A DNA stretch of 64,000 bases from Macrostomum lignano. Its lineage: Eukaryota. Positions 12,301 through 23,500 of the stretch are shown piece by piece. Under the pieces are notes generated by a model that did no database searches, had not been told where the DNA came from, and saw nothing but the letters and a program-made list of their open reading frames with translations. The number at the start of each line of letters is the position of its first letter. Positions within the stretch are counted from its first letter, which is position 1. The stretch spans positions 34,491-98,490 of the forward strand of contig NIVC01002965.1 in NCBI GenBank assembly GCA_002269645.1. Reading direction: 5' to 3'. Position numbers and translations under genes: made by a program.

Positions 12301-13730
12301 TGAATACTTTGTCAACGGATCCTATTGCGGCGTCGGCGACTGCGGAGGTTGCACCCGGACTGACTACTTTCCAGTGTGCGGCGGCAACGTCACTTACTAT
12401 TCTCCCTGCGTCGCTGGCTGCTCGCAGGAAACCGGGCTCAGTAGCGGCTGTCAGTGCGTACCTGGCGGCTCAGTACGGCTTGGCACCTGCCAGGGCGCTT
12501 GCTACTCGAGCCTGATGGCCTACGCGTTTACTTCTATTGCTCTGGGCGCTATCCAGTGCTCGGCGCGGACGCAAGAGGCTGTCATTAACTTGCGCTGCGT
12601 GCAGCCGAGAGACAAAGCGCTGGCTCTGGCTTCAAGCAGCTTTATGTGGGGCGTCAGTTGTGAGTGATGTTTTTCTTTTTTGTTTAACAAGTTATGATAT
12701 TTGTGAGTCGTCGATAGGAGTCAAGAACTCTTCAAAAAGGGGTTCAACACAGTCTGAGGAGGCAACATCCTTCTGGGAAGTCACGTCTGAACCAAGGACT
12801 ACTCAAAAACGTTACGGAGAAAGGAAGTTTTCATTTGTTCAGCACAAAAATTGTTATTGCTTTTGATAGGGGGCAGACCCTATGTTCATCGTTTGGTATG
12901 TCTTGCCTTTTTATATAGCCCTATTGATATTCATAAAGCTTTTTGCTTATAAAATTAGGATTCTATGTTAATTCTATATCTCGCGTACATGTACGATTGT
13001 ACAAAGGACATAAATCAATAAATATTTAGAATACAAAGTTCATAAACGAAAACGTTCATAAATATCAATAGAAGTATAAAGAAAGATCAAAAGATGAACA
13101 TTGAGTCTGCCTCTTATCAAAAGTACGCAATTACAATTTTTGTGCTAAAAAAATTGAAACTTCCTATTTCTGTATTTTTTAGTAAAAATCGCCCTCTAAA
13201 ATGTGTCCAATAATTGTGGTTTCCTGTCCTTCTAATTAAGTAGTCTTTGATCATGCAGAATGGGAGGGGGCAGCGTGATTCTGATAATCCTCCAGTGAAC
13301 TGTGCATCTTTTTTTCGTGATTACGTATAATCAGATCATCTAAATCGTATCGAAAGGTCTTTTGAATATTCTTATTGATTATCTTGCTCAGTCAATGCAC
13401 CAAAACTTGCTTACAGCCTCTCTGCTACCACCGCTAATCGGCACGGTGTTCGACAACATCTGCCTCATCAGCAGCAGCGATGGTAAGCGCTCCTACTGCG
13501 AGATGTACGACCGCGTGTCGTTCAGGTACGCCTTCCATCTGTTGTCCGTGTTTGCACACGCTATCGCCTGCGTCTTCTTCTTTCTGGTTTGGTATTTCTG
13601 CGCCAAGCGCTATGGTCGAGACGGGACGGCGGCTACAGATACGGCGGCTGAGGCCAAAGTTGAGCTGGCAGAGCGAAAGAAGTCTGGTGAAAGTAGGGAA
13701 GATCCTGCAGCGGAACCGTTAAACGGTTGA
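9327..13730 (+). CDS. SLCO: Organic anion transporting polypeptide (OATP/SLCO family), 6 exons, 712 aa
   Basis: Exons 9327-10062, 10615-10977, 11209-11373, 11640-11840, 12300-12659 and 13417-13730 are all GT-AG and join in frame (2139 nt). Motifs: STFEKRF, HRPRLL, WIGAWWLGYL, and a Kazal-like PVCG..TYYSPCVAGC. Confidence 0.95.
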
Positions 13731-14339
13731 TCGAAAATAATTTTAATAAATAAACTGTAGCTTGTTTACGCACATGGTAGATTTAAAGTGCATGTTTAGC
13801 AGCACGAAAACCGTAGAAGTTATTGAAGGTCCAAGATAGCTATCTCTTTTGCCAGTCAGTTGTCGATAATCGATGTAATCAAAGCTGAGAAGTAGACAGT
13901 TTCCAACGGCCCAAAATACTCTGGAAGTGTATCTTAGGTAACATTTTAACATTGACACTGGCATAGAATTTCCATTAGGCATTCATTTAAATCTTTTTCC
14001 TAGCAAAATTCAAGTTGTCAAGCAATAATTATTTTTGCGCTGTGAAGAGCAAAACCTGGGTTTAAATGGGCTCCGAGCTTTTGTCTAGGATCAAAAACTG
14101 ACGTCTATGCTCAGCAACAGACAAAAGTGTCCACCCTTTTCTCGGGAGAATTTCGGCTCCTGCAGTTGAGTGCCAAATCAGAGACTCTGGGCCATAGACA
14201 TCTGTTCTGATACACGACTCAATACAGTTTTAGAAAAACGAATGATAGCAGGAAATGAGAACAGGGAACTGAATACTGCGAAGTGGGAATTTAAATTTAT
14301 TTAATTTAAATAACGCGTATATTCACCACGAGCAGCCAA

Positions 14340-14797
14340 TATGCCAGGCACACAGAAGCATCCCCAGACTGAGACGCTGTAGGTAATTCTGCGGAAGTCT
14401 TTGCCTGCCGCAGCTGAGCAACATTCTGTGGCGGATTTTCTCGCTGAATGGTGCGCTACAAAGTCCCAGACGTGCTCGATCTTTCATTTGAGTCACCACA
14501 GCAGCAGTTTTAAAGAGCAGAAGGCGCGCTTGCAGAAGATCAGCGTAGGCGTTGCCAGCAACATCTGCCTATAAAAGGACCAGATCCGCCTTTGAATGGA
14601 TTGTGCTGCCCGCCCAAACATGAACCGATCCGGACTGCTGTTTTGTGCACTGCACATGCTGCTGCAGCATCTCTTGACGACGTTCGCGCCCGCGCACGAG
14701 TGGCCGTCAGCTTGGAATAGACGAAAGCCACTCTCGTCTGAGAAGCTGGACGCGCTTCCATCATACCAATAGCACGCCAGCGTTCTCCGTCAGTCAT
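14340..14797 (-). mobile_element. Internally deleted Tc1-like transposase relic
   Basis: N-terminal MTDGERWRAIGMMEA..SQT resembles the Tc1 paired-like HTH start. Frameshifted GSVHVWAG, IEHVWD and NPPQNVAQLRQA fit the Tc1 catalytic and C-terminal regions. TIRs not identified. Confidence 0.75.
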
Positions 14798-15827
14798 TTC
14801 GTCAACGGATGAATGGATTGCTCTTGGCTCGTAAAATGGCTTCTACCTCAAACAAAGACTTCCTTGTCCTCGGCTGTTCTCAGCTAGCGTCCCACCCTTC
14901 ACCCACCCATAGAATAATTTTGTCTATGGTCGAATCGATTTGCCACTCAACTGAGAGACGAATTTTTTCCCGAGAATGGGTGGACGAACCAGAGAATATC
15001 GATATCTCGGACACTTTTGTCTGTTGCTGTGTATGCAATGCAAAATCCCACAATAATATTTGATCGCTCAATATGCACCGAAAGTAAGTAGCTCGAAGGA
15101 CAAAGAAACTGAAATTTTTCTTTGCTTTGCATAGATACAGTAGCTAGCGCTTTTGTAGATGTGTTAGATTATGGTTTTTGTTTAACAGATCCCAGTTTAA
15201 CAGTATAAAAAAGATATATCTACACCCCGTGGTATTATTCAGTATCGCAATAATTATCGTTTTTTCACTATTTGCTGCGTTCTAAAACAAAAACTCTTAT
15301 AGTGTATTTATTTATTGTATGAGGTTAATTATTTGCAAAGGATTATTTATGCATACTGTATAGCTAGTGCAATTATAAATGAGAGCAAGCTACATGCAAT
15401 GAAGATACATGTACCTGTTCTTAAAAGTGCAGTTGTTTTAGTCAAATTGACTTGACGGTAAGGTAGCGTATGGTGTCAAAATAATTATAACAAATATAAT
15501 GATTACTCTCATTTCGATAAATAAATTTAATAACTGTCTGCGAATTTGTGTAAACTGTTTAGTGATCTTACATCTTTGTTATCTTATAGTTAGCAAGTAA
15601 AGAAATACAAATTAAAAGAAATTGAAGTCAACTGTTTTGTGAAGAACGAGTGTAGCTAGCTGTACGCTCGTAATTACAATCAAGAAAAAGTTTTCTATTG
15701 AATAAAAAATATTGAAAAAGACTCGTAAATTTCAAAATTAATTTTCCAGATAGATTTTTTACCGTCCTAATATAAAACAGGGTATTTTAACTTTTATAAA
15801 AATTTTGTTAGGAGCTAAGATAAAACC

Positions 15828-15960
15828 AGGGCCAGCCCCAAGGCACAGCTAGAGTGCACATGCCTGACGATTAGAAGGTGTTCAGAGCCTCTGTACACAT
15901 TGTGTGAGCGTGTGCATGAATGGCCATCAGCGCTGGTTATGGGACGGATGTCGCGCCAGA
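15828..15960 (+). repeat. Dispersed repeat family X, copy 1 (short)
   Basis: Head AGGGCCAGCCCCAAGGCACAGCTAGAGTGCACATGCCTGACGAT is shared with copies at ~36040-36212, ~38420-38622 and ~45471-45672. Confidence 0.75.
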
Positions 15961-16266
15961 GTGTCCATAATTCTCGTGTGAATACTTCATTTTATTATAA
16001 TTATAATTAAATGATGTTATATTTCGCCCCTGTTTCAATTAATACGGGGATTAATTGAAGGTCTTGAATAGCTAATTTTTAAATAGTCTGGATAAAGGAA
16101 ACTTGGATTTTACATTGTCTAACTTAAACAGCACATACAAGTTACAATGTTTCTTTAATTCTTCTGTCTAAAGCAAACCGAAAAGGCCTCATTTAGATAA
16201 TTGGTTGTATAACCTAAGCATGCTTTTACTAGTGTATATAATTGGCCAGGTGCCAATAGTGAGCAA

Positions 16267-19017
16267 TCAGACTCTGGTAACGCGCACTGGCAACTGTTGC
16301 CAAATTTGAGAAGCTCCCACAGACACCGAAGGTCTCAATCGGCCCTCAATTTCTGAATGCCGTCTGCTGCCCTTCGCCATAGCGGCCGCGGCCGTCGCTG
16401 ACATTATCGACACCCGTCGGATCCTCTCTGCATTATTGTCGCTCTGCTCAGTGCGATTACCCATCCTTCGCCGATGAGCAATCATGTTGAGCATAACCAC
16501 CAGCTGGAGGAGGAGCTCGGCCACTTCGCACACAGTCAGCACGCTGATGCCAATGTACAGTCCTAGGATGCCTCCCATGTCCGAGAGTAGGTCGTAAAGC
16601 TCATACGCAAAGCTCTCATCTGTTTTAATGTCGCGACCCTGCGCGTCGGCCACATCGAATCGAATAGCAAGAAAGTTTTTATTTGCTATGCGACCGAACA
16701 AGCTTGAGTTGGCATTTCTAAGCTCTCTCGATGACGATATCAGCACATAAGACTGGTACAAATTCCAATTCGAATGTTGCAGGAAAGCCTCATCAACTAT
16801 TGAGCCATTGTTTGGATAGTACGAGTTGGAGTGAAGCCACCTCTGCAGCATTGGCCCAAGAAAGTCACCAATCTCGGGACCCTCGGGCCAGGCAATAGGC
16901 ATTACGCTGGTCTCATAGATTTTAGCTTGACAACGATTGATGCAGCGCTGATGCATTCGCGAATCGTTTCTGGCTGCCACCAGGGCCCTACGTAAGCAGA
17001 TCTCATTGTCCAGAAGTGTGTCAATGATAGCTGGAAGTTCCGAAGCATTCGAGCCTAAGAAGGTCTGGTAAACGTAGTCAATAAGGCTAGCTGGATCGCG
17101 CCGTGCTAGTCCAATTCCGGACAGCAGGTGGCTGAGATTGCCTCTTCGGACCTGGCTGAACATGGAGACGGTGAGCGGCAGGTTTGGGTCGATGAATCCA
17201 CAACGTTCAAGCAGCACTTCCTGTGTCAGAGTCACGAGGCAGTCGGCTAGCTGGGCTTGAAATGTCTCGGGTTGCGGTGACTGATCTTTCTGAACCATGT
17301 ACTGCACCTGAGCATTGGATTCGTCAGTAGCCGACATGCATCTGTATTTCCTAGTGCTCTTTGAGGTGTACTCCAAGTAGCGAATGCTCACTACAGTCTC
17401 CTGGTTAACTGGTGCCTCGATCTGGTTTTCCTGAGTCGGATATGTCCCAGGCTGGTGAACGAAAACCACAGCGCCGCCTGGCTTCTGCATGTTGAACCAA
17501 TCGCCAGGCAGCTTCAGCAGGGCATCAGTCACCGCGGGGCTGCTGTGATGCGAGTCGACGAACATGCCGATGCGAAGCCCGTTCAGACTGTTCTTGGTCA
17601 CATTTGGTCGCCTCTGGCTAAAGCGCTGCACACTGAAGGTAGCGCAGGAAGGGAACGCCGGCAGAGAGCGCAGCTGAAAGTCGTTGATGTCGCAGGCCCG
17701 AGTGCCGTACGTGCAGGACAACAAGCCCTGGCTTGGGTCCGCTCTGAACTGGGACAGGAACCTGTCGCCCCACGTGTCTCGAATGACTAGATCTGTTGGC
17801 ATTAAGCATACACGGAAACAGTGGTCAGCTATTGAAATAGCAAAAATGTTTAGATGAAATGTGCATTACCACCGAAAGAGGATAACAGGTTGGTCATGTG
17901 GCCGAAAATTTATACTCAACCAGTATCAGCAATCTGTCCATTTTTTTATTACACTACATGCTTCGCTTCGAAAGTCAGCGCATATTGGTAGCACCAAAAA
18001 TCCTAACACACAAAGAAGGCGAGTTGCCATCTAAGCAACTTGTATTTTTTCATTCCGCTTTTTGTCTACATTTTTGGGGCATATGGATAGCAAATAACTG
18101 CATATTTTTAATGAGACTCTTGTCGGGTTTCGGCCTTAAAGAAAAGCTCTGAACCAATTTAAACTGAGATGAGTTTGAATTGCTAGCTTGAACTCTGAAC
18201 AGGCACCGAAATGAAAGTTACGTCATTTACTAAGAAGTGACTAATAGAATGTTTTAGTATCGGTCACATCATCGGTCTACCGCTATAAGAATATGTACAC
18301 TTAATTTCATCATGGGAACTTGTATAGTCTGACACGCATTGCTTCTAGTCACCAATGTCATCGGTTTATTCGGAATGTACATATAGAGAGACAAACAACT
18401 TAAGTCTCAATAGAACGTTTTCACCTACTTGGCAGGTTGTAAGCGCTCTCGTCCTCGATTTGTAGCAAGTTACTATCAGTTTCATAGGCGCCATAGTTGA
18501 GCATCAGATACCGTCTCGCACTAAGTCCGAGAACCTGTCGAATCTTCTGCACACTGTCGAACACTGGTCGAAACTCGGGCGCAATGTCGTGCCGAAACTC
18601 CGTTTGATCCGGTGCCGAAGCGTTTGCCGCCAATGTACTATTAAATATCCGACTAATGGCGAACATCATCCGATTGCAGATTGTGATGTCTGGCGGAATG
18701 TACTTGTTACCTCTGGCGTTAATCTTGGTTGTGATTGGCTCATCTCTGTACTTGGTAACCAAGCTAGACATGTTTACAGTCAGTGCGACAAAAGCTGCCG
18801 TGATGACCAAAGCCCAGCCAATCTGACAGGATTTCACCGGATGATTGAGCCGGGCCATACCGTGAGCACTGGTGCAGGCTGCGAATACTCGCAGGGTACT
18901 AATAAGGTCGCTAGCTCGAATCGTCTGAATGCCGGGAACTCGATTGTAGCTGTCCAGTCGCTGAGATGGTGGCTTTCCAACTTTGGCGGCGGACGCTAGA
19001 ACAGCACTTTTCTTCAT
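16267..19017 (-). CDS. DEG/ENaC (amiloride-sensitive sodium channel family) subunit, 2 coding exons, 704 aa
   Basis: Exon 1 19017-18429 (donor GTAGGT, phase 1) plus exon 2 17792-16267 total 2115 nt in frame. Hallmarks: TSAHG, TM1, PDITICN, SCTYGTRAC, NGLRI, and TM2 LSDMGGILGLYIGISVLTVCE. Confidence 0.93.
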
Positions 19018-19760
19018 TATTTGAATGGGATGAGTCTTCCAAGTTAGAATGCCTGCAGGTCCTGATCAGCAGCTACCTGTGCACAGCGGTCTATTTAGTG
19101 GCTTAACTGTGAGCCGGTGCATTTTGCCAGCGCTTTTTGAGTGTCTTATTTGTGCAGCATATTTCTGGTTTTCTTTCTTATGCCTCAGATGTACTCAACA
19201 GTAAACTGGCAGCCTGAGATAGAGCTTCATTGTTCATTTGTACGAACAGAGCTGTACAGACAAAACGATGCAAGCTCACAAAAGAAGAGAATCCAAGTGC
19301 TCCAACTTACCCAGGGGTATAGTGTGTGTGTGTGTGTTCATTTTAAATTTCTTGCTACTGTCATTACTAGTATAGCCAGAACTAAAAATGCAAAAGAAGC
19401 ACATGGACATTTTTGTGGGATTTATTTGGTTTAATGCTATCATCGTACACAATAAGCTTTCTCTGCTAGCTTGCTACTAAGGACTGTTTGCTGACTATAT
19501 CTACATGTACATTTATCTCATAGAATTAAAAGCTGTATAGTCTATGGTCACAAGAGGATGCACGTCCAAGTTTTTTCATGTTTGCTGTGTTGCTGAATAT
19601 TAATTATACGAGTTACGTTTATACAAATATTCTGATCTTAAGTTTGATTCACACTGCCATCAAATAAGCCACCCAATCATACGACCGATGGACAAAGAAA
19701 TGAAATTTGATGCACGAGTCGTGTGATCACACGACTTTCGGCCTTTTAGATGCTTTTTAT

Positions 19761-20027
19761 TACAACCTGCCCTAATGGGCAGATGTGCACCGACAGCTCA
19801 GCCGCAGCTATTGCGCGGCGCATCTGAAGGCTGCGTACGGCTGTTCAGTCCAAGGACTGGGGGGTCGCCACACACACCCTCAATTACCCCAGCTAATGCT
19901 GGAACCCATTTTACAACAGAGTTAAGTGTCTTGCTCAAGGACACAAATTGTTCCGAGTAAGTTGAGAATCGAAGCCCCGACCTTTCAGTCGTGAGTTCGA
20001 CGCTCTAACGACTAGGCTACAATCCCC
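19761..20027 (-). mobile_element. tRNA-derived SINE with CORE-like domain, copy 1
   Basis: Minus strand: A-box TAGCCTAGTCGTT, B-box-like GCTTCGATTC, then TGTGTCCTTGAGCAAGACACTTAAC...TGTAAAATGGG. The 3' end CATCTGCCCATTAGGGC is shared with the copy at 45742. Confidence 0.85.
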
Positions 20028-20515
20028 TTCTAAGCTAAAACCCCCTCAAATTTCGGTATGAATGAACCGCTCGTAAACTTGGAAAGAAATCGCTCTTTTA
20101 AGAATATTACGAGCGTAATATCATTATAAAATTTATACGGTTCCTTTCTATCCCTATTTTAAGCATCAACACAAGAATTAAATCAGAAATAACATTGAGA
20201 CTGCTCATACAATTGAACAAACGTTTATATTTATAATTCATATTTAATTTAAATTTGATCCGTAAACTGACTGAATTAAAAAACAGCATGCGTAAAGTTC
20301 TCTAGATACCTCTATTTCGAGCGCACGAGGAATCGGTGAAGAATGACAGTTTTAATTTTTGGCAATAATTTCAACGAAACAAGCAATGGAATTCATTAGT
20401 TATAAAATTTTCGAGTGACATTTGAAACATAAATGAAGCCATAATATATAGTTCGTATTACTCGTATAAAATCCGGCACGATTTGCCTTGGCTTTCAGAT
20501 CAGGTTTATGCTTGT

Positions 20516-23500
20516 TTACCGTCTGGTAAAGAAGGCTTTGGTGTCGCGCCAGATTGGATTGCCTCTGGAGTGCAGGACGGCCATCAGCATCACGATGCCC
20601 AGGACCATGCCGATAACGGACGTCGTCACAAAGACCGCTGCAGCTGCTCCAGTGGTTAAGCCGACTCGAGTGTCCTCTCCGGTTTGAGGCTTTGTGGTCT
20701 GGTATTTAGTACCGTCCGGATTGTATAGTCCTGAAAATGGACAAATGGCTAATATGTAATTTTACACACTTAGCTTAATTTGGTTACTTTAAGACCTTAA
20801 GGCTTTTAGACCAAGTCAGATTGCCGTACGTGTCTGTTTAGCTGGTTAGCTGCCTATTTCTTCAAATGCTCTGTCATTACCTATAATTCTTGTTGATTAG
20901 ATCTCTAAAGAGACAGTTTTTTTAAAGTTTTCGGTTATAAAACGGCTAGATAAGCTTTCAGTGACCTTTTTGAGTGGCTCTTCCTAAGGTGATACTCTTA
21001 ATTAGAAAAAAGCGACATTTGTATAAAATAAATTCTCTTTAATTGAAAAAGGATCAACTTCAGCCGTTCCCGGTTTACAAGACGATATTAACTTACTCTT
21101 GAGATAGTCGCACTTCAGTCCTGTCCCAGAATCGCTTTCCGGTGGCGTTTTGGCGTCCAACGTCAGAATGGCGCAATCGCCCGTGGCGTTGCAGAAGTAG
21201 TAACCCTGACAGTCCAGCCCGAACTCCTCAGTGCACTTCCTGGCGCAACGATCTTCGGTTAGACCGCCGAACAATTTCAAATCCTGGATTGGTTAGTAGA
21301 ATAGAGGGGTAGAAATTGAAATTGATGGATCCTACTTTAAAAATTGGAGTTCGCTGCTGAGTTGTCGAGTTTCGTTTGTCTAGCCAATTCGCTAATAAGA
21401 GGCAAACAATGAAGGCAAAGTAGTATGATTTGCATGCGCATACCTAACTCATGGACATCTAGAGCAGGAGGACAATACACTCGATTTTCTTAGAAACGAA
21501 CTGGAGACCGTTAAGGAACGTATATTTGTCGTAACTGGAACAGATGGCGCTGAATGAGACCTCGCCATGGACGCTCCAGCTAATTTTTAAGAAAATTGAG
21601 AGTAGCGTCTATTTCGGTTGTCTATGGTCCAACAACGAAAAGGCCAGGGTTGCTGTGAACCGCTTGTGAACACATGGCCTGTGCACTGAAGCTAATCCGT
21701 GTGGGTCTGTGTTCAGTCTCGTAAGAGGTATAGAGTATAAAAATATTTAATTGGACGTCCTGCACAATATGTATATCATATTAGAGTGTCTTAATATCAG
21801 AAGTTGTTTTTCTTTTCAGAAAAATACTCATCAGTGTTTAATCACCTGAAAGAGCGGGTCCGTTAAAGTTGTGGATCGGACAAAGTCGACCACGAATGAT
21901 CTGGAATAGTGCGTGCACTCGCTGCGATTCCCTGTGATGCCTGTGTCGTCAGTGAGGTGACCCGAGTCCAGGTAGCACTGCTGTTTGCCTTCGACGCTGC
22001 AAACATCGAAACTGCGGCATCCAACATCCGTGGAGTTGCTGTTGCTTTCCGTGGATTGTTGACGCTGGTCGCAGAGCGTGGCGCACTGATCGGGTTTAGT
22101 GACCACGCCTGATGGTTTCTTGCCGGTGATGTAGATTCTTGAAGTGCCTTGCAGCTGACGGTATTTAGCTAGCTCATTCTCTGCGGGTTGGTATAATGGG
22201 TTCTTACGTACGATTCTGATTTTTCAAGATTTCTTATTTATTTCTCCAATAATCGACATCTATCGTTCGTATTTTTTGAATCTCTTTTCCTCAGATGTAA
22301 GAGCATTGCTAGATTTTAATCCCATTATAGATCAATAAAAAGAAACCAATATCCTCACTTATGTAGATGTTGCACCTCGCTCGGTCGAGGGTATTCGTTT
22401 TGCCTTCGTCGGGAGCGTCCTCGCTCAGGTAGCACACGCCCAAATCGTAGCAGTAAGTCACCGACTGGCACTTGAATTCGGTTTCATCCAGGCAGGCCAG
22501 AGCACAATCGTCCGCCGAAACTTTGTTCTCCACTTGTCGTTTCGGATCGCGCATCGACAGGCGTTCGATTGCGTCGAACTGTTGGAGGTGCCGGCCTCTC
22601 AGCGGGTTGTAAACGTCTGGACGAATTTCGAAGCGTTCGACGGACATCGCTCGGAAAGTGTGCGATCGGCCTTGCTTGGCAACGATAGGAACCAGGAATT
22701 GACCAGAGTTCACTACGGAGCTGATGCTGAACCAGGCCTCTTCGAGGGACTGCTCAGAGACTCGCGACGATGAGTTAGTTGGGCCTTAAGTTATATTGGA
22801 TAGGGTTGTTGACGGATCGGCAAACTCATGTCCGCGGGCCACATGCAGCCCATGAATCCTCTCTATCTGGCCCTCGGGTCGTTTGAATTTTCACAAAAGC
22901 AATCCGGCCTTCTTAAGGTTTCTGTCTCTTCTGTCATCTCTCTCTTCTCTGTAGTAATTTTTCTCTGTTCTCTCCTGTTCTCTCCCTTCTCTCCTGTTCT
23001 TTCCCTCTCATCTCCTTTCTCCTTTCCTCTCTCGTCTCTCCTTTTTTTCTCTCTCCTTTTCTTTTCCATTTCTTCTTTCCTCTGTCCTCTCTCTTTTCTG
23101 CTCCAATTCTGTCGCTTCTATCTTCTCCTTTATCCCTCGCCTCTACTTCACCATCTCTCTTCTCTCTTCTCTAGTCCATCAGTCCATTTCCTCTCTCCTC
23201 TCTGGCTCGCAGTCATGCACTAGATTCTCTATCTTGCCCTTGTGGTAAGAAAACGTCGATGACAAAATATATGCTTTTGCATTACATCGACGGATAGCGA
23301 CGTCATACGTCAGCGACGTCATAGACGCCGGATTGCCGTACGAATTTTGGTCCCAATTTGGCAACCTCTTATATAATTCAACATCGTCTGATGACTATGG
23401 TCCTAAATATCTCAACTTACAGAAGAATACATCTACATGGAATTCAGTTAGTTTATGTTTTACGAGGGGTGCGCAAAAAGTCTTGGCAACTGGCTCATAA

